From the NCBI GenBank assembly GCA_029858305.1, contig JAOUFI010000002.1, positions 32,001 through 96,000 on the forward strand: 64,000 bases of DNA. Reading direction: 5' to 3'. Below are positions 16,206 to 26,105 of this stretch, piece by piece; the stretch's first letter is position 1; each line of letters starts with the position of its first letter. The position numbers and the translations under genes were made by a program. Below the pieces are notes generated by a model that saw only the letters and a program-made list of their open reading frames with translations, was not told where the DNA came from and did no database searches. The DNA is from Candidatus Thorarchaeota archaeon (GTDB lineage: Archaea > Asgardarchaeota > Thorarchaeia > Thorarchaeales > Thorarchaeaceae).

Positions 16206-16985
16206 GTGCAACAAACAAGATGGTCTGACACAGTTCCAATCTTTATCTTGGGACTAGGCATACTTCTTGTCTTTTTGTTCCTTCCATTAGCAGGCTTTGA
16301 TAATGCTCTATCTATCGTTTCTTTGATATTGACGCCCTTGATTGCCTTCATGCTAGGTATTTTTGGTCTACGGATATTTGGTCGAGGTTCAGAGGAGAGA
16401 GAAGATCAGATTCAAACTCTATACCTCTGGCTATCAATCGGTCTACTAATGTTATCTCTCTCAGAGCTAGCAACAAGTATAGTCAAGACTATTCAAAGTC
16501 CACTACCAATTGAAGTAACTGTTGGGCTTGTTCAGATGCCTGGATTACTTCTGTGGGGATTTGGAATATTGCAGTATCTTCGCTCAGTAAATTCAGCTCT
16601 CGAATTATTAAATAGTGATAGACTCTGGAGTGTCCTGCTAATTGGAACTACACTTGCTACGCTATTTCTCGTTGTGATAAACGCAGTCTACAATCCATTG
16701 ATTGGAAGTATTGAGAGCATAGTGATGTCGCCACTCGTTATCGGATTGGTGCTTTTTACATCTGTTACTCTCGGACTTGTCTGGATTTTTAGGCAAGGTG
16801 AATTTGCCAAATCTTTGGTTCTAATCTTCATTGGTTTCTTCATATACCTCATTCGCACAGCTCAATGGGCGTTGGCAACGTCAATATTGGGCAATCCATC
16901 GAATAGTTTGTTTGCTCTTGAAGCGTTCATGTTCTTTGGAGCTGCATTTATTCTAGCACGAAATCTTGGTAATCCCAGCCAGTGA
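16206..16985 (+). CDS. Polytopic (~7 TM) membrane protein
   Basis: Multiple hydrophobic helices; GTG 16206 after GAGGAG preferred over the track start 16083, which overlaps the previous gene. Confidence 0.7.
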   Translation: MQQTRWSDTVPIFILGLGILLVFLFLPLAGFDNALSIVSLILTPLIAFMLGIFGLRIFGRGSEEREDQIQTLYLWLSIGLLMLSLSELATSIVKTIQSPLPIEVTVGLVQMPGLLLWGFGILQYLRSVNSALELLNSDRLWSVLLIGTTLATLFLVVINAVYNPLIGSIESIVMSPLVIGLVLFTSVTLGLVWIFRQGEFAKSLVLIFIGFFIYLIRTAQWALATSILGNPSNSLFALEAFMFFGAAFILARNLGNPSQ

Positions 16986-17000
16986 GTATGAATGTACATC

Positions 17001-19112
17001 TTATTTTCCAGCACCTGATTCAGATCCTTTAGTACTCTTGGTGTTTCCAAGCACCTTTTGGAGCATTTCTCGCATTTGTGGGGGAATGGAATCAGGATCA
17101 TTCTCCAATCGTACTCTTAGTTTTTCTAGCATCTCAGGTGGAATATTCTCATGTGATCCCATCATCTCACTCATCGCGCTCATAGCCATACTACCCATTC
17201 CCATCACCATGCTAGGAACTAGAGGTTCAGGCTTTTCTCCACCATGCTCAGTGACAACTGCCTTTGCTACTTCTGCTACCTCCTCTGTGATTTCTTCAAG
17301 ACCCTGATGTGCATAATATGTTTCGTACAAAGACTTGAATACTCCATCCTTTGCGAGTAGTTCTTCATGCGTACCTTGTTCTACCAAGACACCATGATCA
17401 AATACCAACACTCTAGATGCATTTGCAATTGTCGTCAATCGATGCGCAATCACAATCGTTGTACGATTATTGAAAAGCAACTCCTGAGCATCCTGAACAA
17501 GAGATTCGCTATATGCATCTAATCGGCTTGTTGCTTCATCCAAAATCAGAATCTTTGGATTCGCAAGCATAGTACGAGCGATAGTGACCATCTGGCGTTG
17601 GCCAGCACTAAGATTCTTCCCACTCTGAATAATCTGGGTGTGATATCCATTTGCTAGTACTTCGATGAACTCATTCGCACCAATTATCTTACAAAGCTCA
17701 ATTATCTCATCATCAGTTGCGTCAACGTTTCCATATCTAATGTTCTCCATGATAGTGTCATCAAACAAGTATGGCTCTTGAGGGATGAGCGACATAGCAT
17801 GACGGAGGGAGTGCAGCTGGACATCGCGTATATTTTGATCACCAATGAAAATGCCACCTTGCAGAGGATCATAGAATCTGTTTACTAGAGCTGCAATAGT
17901 CGTCTTTCCAGCTCCCGTGTGGCCAACAATAGCCACCGTTTCACCAGGATTGATTGAGAAGGTGACATTCTTGAGAACAGGTGTGTCCTTGATGTACTCG
18001 AATACGACATTCTTAAAGTAGATACCATCACTCTCTTCACGTAGGGGAACTGCACCCGATGCGTCTACAATAGCTGCTTTTGATTCTAGAACATCAGTCA
18101 CTCGATCCATTGCAGCTAATGAAGATTGGACTTGAGTAGCCATCATGCTAAGTCCAAGAAGCGGAAACATGATTCCGCGCACCAATGATACAGCGAGAAA
18201 TATGTCTCCGAGTGAGAGCACTGGAAGTACACCAACCGCCAAAGATCCTGCTACAAACAGCATTGCAGCAACAGCGAACTGACCTATAGACATCATCAAA
18301 GGTTGCATCGAAGTCATCAAGATCATAAATCTGAAACCATATTTGTACGCTTTCTGGTTTAGTGACATCATATGTTCTGCAAGCTCAGTTTCACGATTGA
18401 ATGCTTTAGCAACATGTATTCCACCTAGGTTTTCTGCGATTTGACCTGAAACCTCTCCAGAGGCACGTTGGGAGGCGAGCATGATTCTCTGTCCTACTGT
18501 ACCAAAGAGACCTGCAATAAACAAGATACCTGGTACGACAACAAGAGATGTCAAGGCAAGATATGGTGACATCAACCAGAGAAGAATAAAAGATGCTCCA
18601 AGCGTCAAGGCTTGGCTGGCAAAGTTAATCAAAACTTGGATTCCTGTACTAAGATTCGTCGCATCACTTGTAACTCTTGATGTGACATTCCCAGCTTGCT
18701 CAGCTTTGTGGTAGGATAGATCAGCTGCGACTAAATGTTTGTACACATCCTCTTGGACACTCTGAACAAGCCCAGCCTGTGCAATCGACATGATCCAGGT
18801 ATTCACTCCACCCATAACCCAGGACACGACAGAGAGGGCCAAGAAGAGAATAGTTAGAGAAAGTAGGATATTAAAAGAGCCCACAAGATTAACTGAGTTA
18901 ATCCCGTCTCTCAAGACAAGGGGAATTATCACACCAACAATTGTTGCTACGAGAGAGAGTATTGCACCTATAATGACAATACGTTTGAAATTACCCAGAT
19001 AATGTACCATTCTACCAAGAAGAACTCTTATTGGACGACTCCTCTTCTCCTTCTTTCCCATGAGACCTCGAGGACCTCCACGTGGCCCCATTGGTCCGTG
19101 CATGCCCATCAA
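17001..19112 (-). CDS. ABC exporter subunit (TMD+NBD) with consensus Walker B
   Basis: GHTGAGKT, LSAGQRQ, ILDEATS, AHRL. Confidence 0.95.
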   Translation of the reverse strand: MMGMHGPMGPRGGPRGLMGKKEKRSRPIRVLLGRMVHYLGNFKRIVIIGAILSLVATIVGVIIPLVLRDGINSVNLVGSFNILLSLTILFLALSVVSWVMGGVNTWIMSIAQAGLVQSVQEDVYKHLVAADLSYHKAEQAGNVTSRVTSDATNLSTGIQVLINFASQALTLGASFILLWLMSPYLALTSLVVVPGILFIAGLFGTVGQRIMLASQRASGEVSGQIAENLGGIHVAKAFNRETELAEHMMSLNQKAYKYGFRFMILMTSMQPLMMSIGQFAVAAMLFVAGSLAVGVLPVLSLGDIFLAVSLVRGIMFPLLGLSMMATQVQSSLAAMDRVTDVLESKAAIVDASGAVPLREESDGIYFKNVVFEYIKDTPVLKNVTFSINPGETVAIVGHTGAGKTTIAALVNRFYDPLQGGIFIGDQNIRDVQLHSLRHAMSLIPQEPYLFDDTIMENIRYGNVDATDDEIIELCKIIGANEFIEVLANGYHTQIIQSGKNLSAGQRQMVTIARTMLANPKILILDEATSRLDAYSESLVQDAQELLFNNRTTIVIAHRLTTIANASRVLVFDHGVLVEQGTHEELLAKDGVFKSLYETYYAHQGLEEITEEVAEVAKAVVTEHGGEKPEPLVPSMVMGMGSMAMSAMSEMMGSHENIPPEMLEKLRVRLENDPDSIPPQMREMLQKVLGNTKSTKGSESGAGK

Positions 19113-20977
19113 GCAACACCTCCTCTCTTGGAAATAGTTGCAAGCAATTCTTGAGCGCCAGGCAGTCTCTCAAAGACACGGCGATAATGCTCTGATTCGC
19201 GTAGCAGGTCTTCATGTCTTCCAGAAGCCACTAAATGACCTTTGTCGAGGATAATCACCATATCTGATTCCATAAGTGTACGCAATCTCTGAGTGACAGT
19301 AATGCTTGTTCGATCTTTCATTACCTCATCTAGAGCTTTCCTCATCAAGTACTCAGTCTGAGCATCAACAGCGCTTACCGAATCGTCAAGAAGAAGTATT
19401 TTGGGATTCTGAACCATAGCACGTGCAATGGCTAGTCTTTGTCGCTGACCTCCACTGAGTGTCATGCCTCGTTCACCAATCATCGAATCATAGCCTTCAG
19501 GCATCTCTACAATGAACTCATCAGCTTGAGCTCTTTTTGCAGCAGAGATAATCTCTTCATCAGATGCACCAGATCGACCAAAAGCAATGTTCTCGCGAAT
19601 AGTCATTCTGAAGAGAAATATGTCCTGTTCAACTAGACCCACAACATCTCGAACTGACTTCGTTGATACATTGCGAAGATTAACTCCGCCAACTCTTATT
19701 TCTCCCTCAGTAGGATCATATAGCCGAAGTAGGAGTTTCAGAAGAGAACTCTTTCCTGCACCAGGTCCGCCTATGAGCGCAACACGAGAGCCACCTGGTA
19801 TTGTAATTGAAAGATTCCGTATTGCATAATGCGGATTGTTGTTTTCTTCTCGACCATATCTGAAGCTGACATTATCAAAGACAACATCACCGGTCCAATC
19901 AACATCAAGAACCTCTTCCTCAGGTTCAGTCATTGGATCCTCCCAGTTAAGGAAATCTACAATGCGTTGAGCATTCACGAAACCACCTCTCAGTATGAGA
20001 AGCATCATTGGAAATTGGAAATTAAGTCCCTGAAGCGCAGTGAGGAGCCCAAGAATTATAATCAACTGACTAACGTCCATAATGCCATTAATCACCGCAT
20101 AGCCAGCATAAGCAAAAGCCACGGTCGTCATTCCTGCTAGAATCAATGCTGGTAGATAGAACGCTGAGAGCTTCCCCTCTTTCGCAGTTAATGATTCTTG
20201 GGATTTACTAATATCGTGGAATTTCTTAATCTCAAACTCCTCTGCATCGAAGGCTCTGACGACCTCGATACCTTGAAACACGCCTTGTGTTATTGAGGTC
20301 AAGGCTTCCATGTTTTCAGAGCGATTCCTTCTCACAGGTTCTATAGCATTAGCATAGCGATATGAGAAGATCAGATAGATTGGAAACCCTAACAGCATGA
20401 TGATAGTGAATCCATATATGGGGATAGCATAGCTTCCAATCTGAATGGTCAGCATGGTGCTTAATCCTGGAAGCCAGTCCATCTGTATTAAGAGAAGAGC
20501 TGTGATAAAGAAGGAAGCAAGTCCAGTCGCTATATTCCGTAATGCTGGATTGAGTGAGAATCTGACCCATTGGATGTCTTGCATGGCAACTGCGAGAAGA
20601 CGCTTACTATCGAATTCATCGTGAAATGTCATACTATTGACTTGTAGGGCTTCAAAGAAGTCCTGGCGAGCATCACGTTCCCATCGTAAAGTTAAGGTCG
20701 CCCAAACCCAACCACCCACAAAGAAGAGACCCATATAGAGAAGACCAAATATGATGATAAGCCATACATAATTAACAAATTGAGCAGTCATTGCAGCTGT
20801 GTTCTGAATCTCTCTTGCTGCAAGTCCGATGAATACTGCAGGAAAGACTGTAAGTAAAGTAGAAACCATAGTTAGTGTTAAACCTACAGTTGCTACTGCT
20901 TTATTTCGAGTCATTCCACTGAGCATGTATCTCCAGGGTGTTTTTCTAATGGTTTCGCCGCCGTTGTTTCTAGACAT
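19109..20977 (-). CDS. ABC exporter subunit (TMD+NBD) with degenerate Walker B/switch
   Basis: GGPGAGKS, LSGGQRQR, LLDDSVS (E to D), TQRL (H to Q): TM287/288-type heterodimer partner. Confidence 0.95.
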   Translation of the reverse strand: MSRNNGGETIRKTPWRYMLSGMTRNKAVATVGLTLTMVSTLLTVFPAVFIGLAAREIQNTAAMTAQFVNYVWLIIIFGLLYMGLFFVGGWVWATLTLRWERDARQDFFEALQVNSMTFHDEFDSKRLLAVAMQDIQWVRFSLNPALRNIATGLASFFITALLLIQMDWLPGLSTMLTIQIGSYAIPIYGFTIIMLLGFPIYLIFSYRYANAIEPVRRNRSENMEALTSITQGVFQGIEVVRAFDAEEFEIKKFHDISKSQESLTAKEGKLSAFYLPALILAGMTTVAFAYAGYAVINGIMDVSQLIIILGLLTALQGLNFQFPMMLLILRGGFVNAQRIVDFLNWEDPMTEPEEEVLDVDWTGDVVFDNVSFRYGREENNNPHYAIRNLSITIPGGSRVALIGGPGAGKSSLLKLLLRLYDPTEGEIRVGGVNLRNVSTKSVRDVVGLVEQDIFLFRMTIRENIAFGRSGASDEEIISAAKRAQADEFIVEMPEGYDSMIGERGMTLSGGQRQRLAIARAMVQNPKILLLDDSVSAVDAQTEYLMRKALDEVMKDRTSITVTQRLRTLMESDMVIILDKGHLVASGRHEDLLRESEHYRRVFERLPGAQELLATISKRGGVA

Positions 20978-21521
20978 TCTGTGTGGCTCCAGTTTTTAAT
21001 TGATTAATGAGAGAAGATATTTTTGTAGCCATCTCCTCAAGATGGCGGAGCAATTGTTGCTGTTGCTTTTTATCGAGCGAATTTAATATAGAATCAAACG
21101 ATTCTATCGAGTGTTTCATCCCATGCATATGGAATTTAACGCGTTCTTCTGGGTCCAAGAGCTTTTCCCAAAGGCGTGGTCCAAGCCGAGTTTTCTCTCC
21201 CACGGCGCCCTTCATGTGTTTGATTATTAGAACCATCTGCTTCTTGCCTTCCTCTGTAAGTCGATATGTCTTGCTTCGGCCTTCAGTTGAAGCAGCTTCA
21301 ATAATACTGTCTTCCTCCAAGGATGAAAGCAAAGGATATATGGTTCCAGGGCTTGGGTTCCACTCACCTTCAGATAACTCCCCTAGTCGTTGCATAATAT
21401 CGGTTCCAGTCATTTCTTGGGACCGTAACAGACGAGGGATAATATGACGAAGAAGGCCTCTAGGTACTGATTGGGGCATACCGAGATGTTCACAATCTTT
21501 ATCCTGAGACTCATCGTTCAT
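20970..21521 (-). CDS. PadR-family transcriptional regulator
   Basis: WNPSPGTIYPLLSSLEE...YRLTEEGK. Real start probably ATG 21521; the track's extension to 21788 overlaps the divergent gene. Confidence 0.88.
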   Translation of the reverse strand: MNDESQDKDCEHLGMPQSVPRGLLRHIIPRLLRSQEMTGTDIMQRLGELSEGEWNPSPGTIYPLLSSLEEDSIIEAASTEGRSKTYRLTEEGKKQMVLIIKHMKGAVGEKTRLGPRLWEKLLDPEERVKFHMHGMKHSIESFDSILNSLDKKQQQQLLRHLEEMATKISSLINQLKTGATQNV

Positions 21522-21538
21522 TATTTTAGCTCCTGAAT

Positions 21539-21564
21539 TATCGCATCCGATATCGGATACGATA
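21539..21564. promoter_or_regulatory. Near-perfect 26-bp palindrome, probable PadR operator
   Basis: TATCGCATCCGATATCGGATACGATA (one mismatched pair) abuts the minus-strand TTTATA box of padR. Confidence 0.65.
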
Positions 21565-21618
21565 TAAAGATTGTTGTATCTACATCCGGTTTCTTTAGAG
21601 GATTGACTCAGAGCAAGT

Positions 21619-23523
21619 TTGATAAGAATCTCCATGTTCAACACTAAGAAAGCTATTGAGGATACTCCATTGGGTGAGAAGGCTAAGGTCAAGGAAACTG
21701 TACGTCTGTTTGAAAAGATCTGGCAGTTACCATCATTTCGAGGAATTTTGGGGATAATGGCTTTAGAAGTGCTAATTGTATCCCTCATTGCTACAGGTCT
21801 AAAGATAATTTATGACAAGACTGCCGTACCTCTATTGACCCTAATCCTGTATGTGATTATTCTTGGTATACCAACATTCTTCGGCTCAGGTATTCTCTAT
21901 CTAATAGTAACAGATGAGGGCTCTCCTCTCGATGCTCGGAGAACAGCAGGGTCGGTCATGTTTGGAAATCTCATCTGGTACTCCATGGGGCTCATTGGAG
22001 TTCATATCGACAGTGTAATTCCCGTTCAAGCTTATGAAATTAGATTCTTTACTGTCGGAGCTAGCTTAGGATATCTGATATTCGCATTTCTTGTCAATGC
22101 ACTTAGTGATCATAGAGAGGCTCGCAACTTTGTAGGAGCTGCTGCACCTCTCGTTCTATGGGTGATTCTAGAACTGCTGCTGGCGCCTTTGGATGATGCA
22201 GTGCCAGTGATGTCAGAATTTTGGTACATAACCCTCCCAATCATCCTCGCCGTCTCAACCTTCGTTGTTCATTATATCTATAGATCTGTGAGTGTTCCCT
22301 TCGAGAGAGACCTAGGTATCAATGGTCCTGCATTGTTACGCGCCTTTGGGCACGATTATCTATCGGGAAATCCAATACCTATCGATAGGTTGTTGACAGA
22401 GATATCTACCCCGCAGGATGTTCCTATGGAAGTCATACTCTTTCGTGATTCACAAAACACCTCTGAGCTACTTGCTTGTGGAGTCATTCAGTATGTGCAT
22501 CCAGGCCCATTCAGAGATGTTGGGAGTAGTGAATTGCCATCAGTAATTATGGAACATGTTAAGAGGAAATATGACATTCCAACCTTTGTCATGCACGGAA
22601 CATGCACCCACCAGCAGAATCTGACAAGCAAGGACGATTACCAGAAGGTACTTGATGAGATTGATAGATTGATTGAGAACACACCAATGCATGGCGAAAT
22701 CTCTGGGCCTCATTGGACAGATGGCGAGAAATTCAAAGTATGGACACTTTTTGTAGGAGAAAATGTTCTGGCAATCACGACTAGTGCACCTGATTTCACA
22801 GATGACATTTCTCTTGAGGTAGGATATGACGCTGCAAATATGGTGAGACAACGACTTCCTGAAATCAAGGGAGTAGCAATCGCAGATGCCCACAATTGTA
22901 TCAATGACCACGCAATTTCAGTTGTACCAGGAGATCCAGAAGCCACCGAGTATGTAGGAGCTGTATCGGGAGCTGTCTTCTCATACTTGAATGAACCAAG
23001 GTCTAAGGTGAAGATGGGTATCTATCAGGTATTTCCCAAGGACATCAGTCCTCAAGAAGGTATAGGTCCTGGGGGCATCAGTGCGCTATCACTAATATAT
23101 GAAGACTACCGATTTGCACTGATTTCAGTTGACGGTAATAATATGGAACCAGGTTTTCGTGAAAGAGTGATCAGTAACTTGAAGGCGCAGGGATATGACG
23201 ATGCAGAAGTAGTCACCACAGATACTCACGTGGTCAATGCAATATCTCTCTCAAGTAAAGGCTACCCACCCGTCGGTAGGAACAAACCAGACGAAACAAT
23301 CGAGCACATCCTAGTAGCCTCGTTGAAAGCTAGAGAAAAGACTCAAGCTGTTCAAATTGGCCTAGGTTTTGGAATAGTTAAGGGAATAAGGACCTTAGGC
23401 GAGAAGGGCTTCGACATCCTGACACAGGATATCGCAGAAGCTGCAGGAATTGCAAAGCATGTAGGTACTCGTGTTGGCATTGGATCAGTTCTTGTGGCAA
23501 TTCTGTTAGCCTTTCTTCTATAG
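21619..23523 (+). CDS. DUF2070-family membrane protein
   Basis: N-terminal TM bundle; HPGPF, HG.CTH, DAHN, DGNN and TTDTH motifs; exact start uncertain. Confidence 0.85.
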   Translation: MIRISMFNTKKAIEDTPLGEKAKVKETVRLFEKIWQLPSFRGILGIMALEVLIVSLIATGLKIIYDKTAVPLLTLILYVIILGIPTFFGSGILYLIVTDEGSPLDARRTAGSVMFGNLIWYSMGLIGVHIDSVIPVQAYEIRFFTVGASLGYLIFAFLVNALSDHREARNFVGAAAPLVLWVILELLLAPLDDAVPVMSEFWYITLPIILAVSTFVVHYIYRSVSVPFERDLGINGPALLRAFGHDYLSGNPIPIDRLLTEISTPQDVPMEVILFRDSQNTSELLACGVIQYVHPGPFRDVGSSELPSVIMEHVKRKYDIPTFVMHGTCTHQQNLTSKDDYQKVLDEIDRLIENTPMHGEISGPHWTDGEKFKVWTLFVGENVLAITTSAPDFTDDISLEVGYDAANMVRQRLPEIKGVAIADAHNCINDHAISVVPGDPEATEYVGAVSGAVFSYLNEPRSKVKMGIYQVFPKDISPQEGIGPGGISALSLIYEDYRFALISVDGNNMEPGFRERVISNLKAQGYDDAEVVTTDTHVVNAISLSSKGYPPVGRNKPDETIEHILVASLKAREKTQAVQIGLGFGIVKGIRTLGEKGFDILTQDIAEAAGIAKHVGTRVGIGSVLVAILLAFLL

Positions 23524-23558
23524 CTATTGACAAAACGCAGGTTTCGATAGAAGTATAT

Positions 23559-24164
23559 GTGATGAGAGAGATTGTCGAAGAACAAGGGGCGATGTCTGTG
23601 AACAAGAAACGTGTCTTCGTAGGGATTACTGGTGCTAGTGGAGCAATTTACGGAGTCAGATTAGTTAGAGCATTAAAATCAGAAGGACATGAAGTTCATC
23701 TAGTTGTAAGTAAATGGGGAGCTGAAACCCTAAAGTATGAGCTTGATATTGATGCTGATACATTAGGGCACGAAGTAGATAAATTCTATAATGAACAAGA
23801 TCTAGCAGCAGGACCAGCTAGCGGCAGCTACCCTCTCGATGCAGTTGTTGTAATTCCATGTTCAATGAAGACACTAGCAGGAATCGCTCATGGGTATGCA
23901 GATAATTTGATTGCTCGTGCCGCTGATTGCGCTCTAAAGGAACGTCGAAAACTGATACTCGTTCCCAGAGAAACTCCCTTGAACCTAGTTCACATTCAGA
24001 ATATGAAATCAGTGACGGAAGCAGGAGCAATACTAATTCCTGCAAGTCCTGCATTTTGGCATAAACCAAAGAGTATCGAAGAACTAGTTGATTCGGTTGT
24101 CGACAGAGTTCTATCTCATTTGACTGCTCGCAGGGATTCTGCTGCAACATGGACAGGAGAATGA
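23559..24164 (+). CDS. ubiX: Flavin prenyltransferase UbiX
   Basis: GITGASGAIYG, ASGS, PCSMKTLA, LKERRKL.LVPRETP. Confidence 0.95.
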   Translation: MMREIVEEQGAMSVNKKRVFVGITGASGAIYGVRLVRALKSEGHEVHLVVSKWGAETLKYELDIDADTLGHEVDKFYNEQDLAAGPASGSYPLDAVVVIPCSMKTLAGIAHGYADNLIARAADCALKERRKLILVPRETPLNLVHIQNMKSVTEAGAILIPASPAFWHKPKSIEELVDSVVDRVLSHLTARRDSAATWTGE

Positions 24165-24173
24165 GCTCTTCAG

Positions 24174-26030
24174 TTATCCCCAATGCAGCGGTACTCCACA
24201 GTGCTCACAGACAATTGTTTCACCAGGTAAAGCTCGCTTGATAAGCCCAGCTCCACAATGTGGGCAAGCAATTTTCTTTGGTGCAGTATCGTCGGTTTTT
24301 GTTTGAATCCTTAGGAGAACCTCACGTAGATTCTCGCGCATCTCTGCCAGCATGAGCTCCAATTTTGTTTCATTATTGCTAGCAACCGTGATTCTGATTA
24401 CAAGATTCTCCTTTGATACTGAGCCGACAACAACAAACTCATCACCGACAAGTGCCTTTCCGTAGTACCATACCTCAAAACCGGTTTTAGAATCTGCTAG
24501 CTCATCGATAAAGAGGACATTGTGTTGCTCAATGATATTCTTTACAATTTCCAGCATCTCAGCGGGGTCAGCATTTGCATCCATCTGATATTCACATGCA
24601 TGTTTGGTTTGAAGCGTCGAATCCATTAGAGCTTGAATATCTGAGAGCGTTTTTGTTAGAAGATAGGCATCACGTGCAGCAGAGGCATGTGCCAATGGAA
24701 CAGATACAACTGATTCACCATGTTTGTTACATGAAAGCTGTACATCTGCACTTTCAGCCATTTCTTTGATTTGAATTAGATCGATGGGATTATGGCATTT
24801 ATGGCATTCAAAGAGTTGCATATAGGTTCTTGAGAGTGTTTCTGGATGAGCAGTAGTAGAGAGATAGCGGGTGCTCCCATGACCGTTACGACATTCAATT
24901 TTTAATTCAATGGTGTTTTCTTTGACTTTTGAATCCCTAATTAGAATCGGTGCAGAGCATTTAGTGCACTTGAGACTCTCTTCAATGGTTGACTCTCGAT
25001 CAATTTCAGATTCTCTAGTTTCAAGATGTTTATAGATATCAGGTTTGATTCCTTTGCGCATTTTATTATGCAGTGGGCAGACAAGCTCAAGTTCAACATT
25101 GGTACCGTTTACTTTCTTTCCCACGATTTCCGTAAGGAGGTCGCAATCATTGCACTTCATGATTCCACCCACAATCGCGTCAATTGCTTCCTCGTCAAGG
25201 TCCGTCGGTTGATTCATCTCGATGGAATGACCGTTTGGACAAATACATTTCAATTTGTACTTGTTCTTATCCAAATCGATGGCCCGAATTGAAAGCTCGT
25301 TATTACATTGAGTGCATTTGAGCATCGACCTCACAATAGTGCCCTCAGATAGAGCCTCAGTAATTTTCTCAATCATCCACGCGTGTTTTGCGGGCATCTC
25401 TTTCTTTGTCCTACCATGTGCAGGACACGACATCTCTACACGAGCCTTGTCACCCTTTACGGAAACATCAAGAACTTGACACGGTAAACCGCATTGCTCA
25501 CAATGAATGAGCCGTTTGAAGACAGTTTTAAGAATTGAAGGATCAGCCTCAGTAGGCGCATAACGAATCTCTTTATGCCCATTTGGACAGCGATACTTGA
25601 ACTCCATAATCCCCTTTTTATCGTCTATTGATTGCGTTGAGAGGATTTGTTTACAACGAGGACAAGTGAGCGAATCGAGAATTGATTTTGCACTATTTAC
25701 AGTACCTTGGATATCTGTTATGGCGCTGTGATAGAATGATGGATTCTTTTTCTTCAACGGTCCATGAATTGGACACAGAAACATGTACTCAACTTCGTGT
25801 CTACCCAAATCTGTGTGCACTAGAGACATTGTAGAACCACACACAACGCATGTGAATAGACCCTTGTAAATTTCGGGAGCCATGCTATCTACTTGATACC
25901 GTGCAACGTCTCTCTTGCCTTTGTGACCGTTGAAACATTGACAATACAGCCGCACCGTGCTACCACGCATCTCGCTTCCGAGAATAGAGAAAGGTTCCTT
26001 ACATTTCTTGCAAACGAACACATCTATCAA
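24174..26030 (-). CDS. Multi-zinc-finger protein (8 CxxC...CxxH/CxxxH units), alpha/beta domain, terminal zinc ribbon
   Basis: Alternating CxxC..CxNGH and CxxC..CPxHG units; final CPHC..CEHC. Confidence 0.8.
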   Translation of the reverse strand: MIDVFVCKKCKEPFSILGSEMRGSTVRLYCQCFNGHKGKRDVARYQVDSMAPEIYKGLFTCVVCGSTMSLVHTDLGRHEVEYMFLCPIHGPLKKKNPSFYHSAITDIQGTVNSAKSILDSLTCPRCKQILSTQSIDDKKGIMEFKYRCPNGHKEIRYAPTEADPSILKTVFKRLIHCEQCGLPCQVLDVSVKGDKARVEMSCPAHGRTKKEMPAKHAWMIEKITEALSEGTIVRSMLKCTQCNNELSIRAIDLDKNKYKLKCICPNGHSIEMNQPTDLDEEAIDAIVGGIMKCNDCDLLTEIVGKKVNGTNVELELVCPLHNKMRKGIKPDIYKHLETRESEIDRESTIEESLKCTKCSAPILIRDSKVKENTIELKIECRNGHGSTRYLSTTAHPETLSRTYMQLFECHKCHNPIDLIQIKEMAESADVQLSCNKHGESVVSVPLAHASAARDAYLLTKTLSDIQALMDSTLQTKHACEYQMDANADPAEMLEIVKNIIEQHNVLFIDELADSKTGFEVWYYGKALVGDEFVVVGSVSKENLVIRITVASNNETKLELMLAEMRENLREVLLRIQTKTDDTAPKKIACPHCGAGLIKRALPGETIVCEHCGVPLHWG

Positions 26031-26105
26031 CTACCTTGGCGCAGCACGTAGTCAATCTCATAAATTCCTCGAGCTTCCTAATATGTACTCCGCATACGAG
26101 ACTAA

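Noticed and set aside
19109-20977. Degenerate Walker B as a sign of pseudogenisation
   Set aside because: Normal asymmetry of heterodimeric ABC exporters.
21522-21788. N-terminal extension of PadR in the track
   Set aside because: Overlaps the operator, promoter and the divergent DUF2070 gene.
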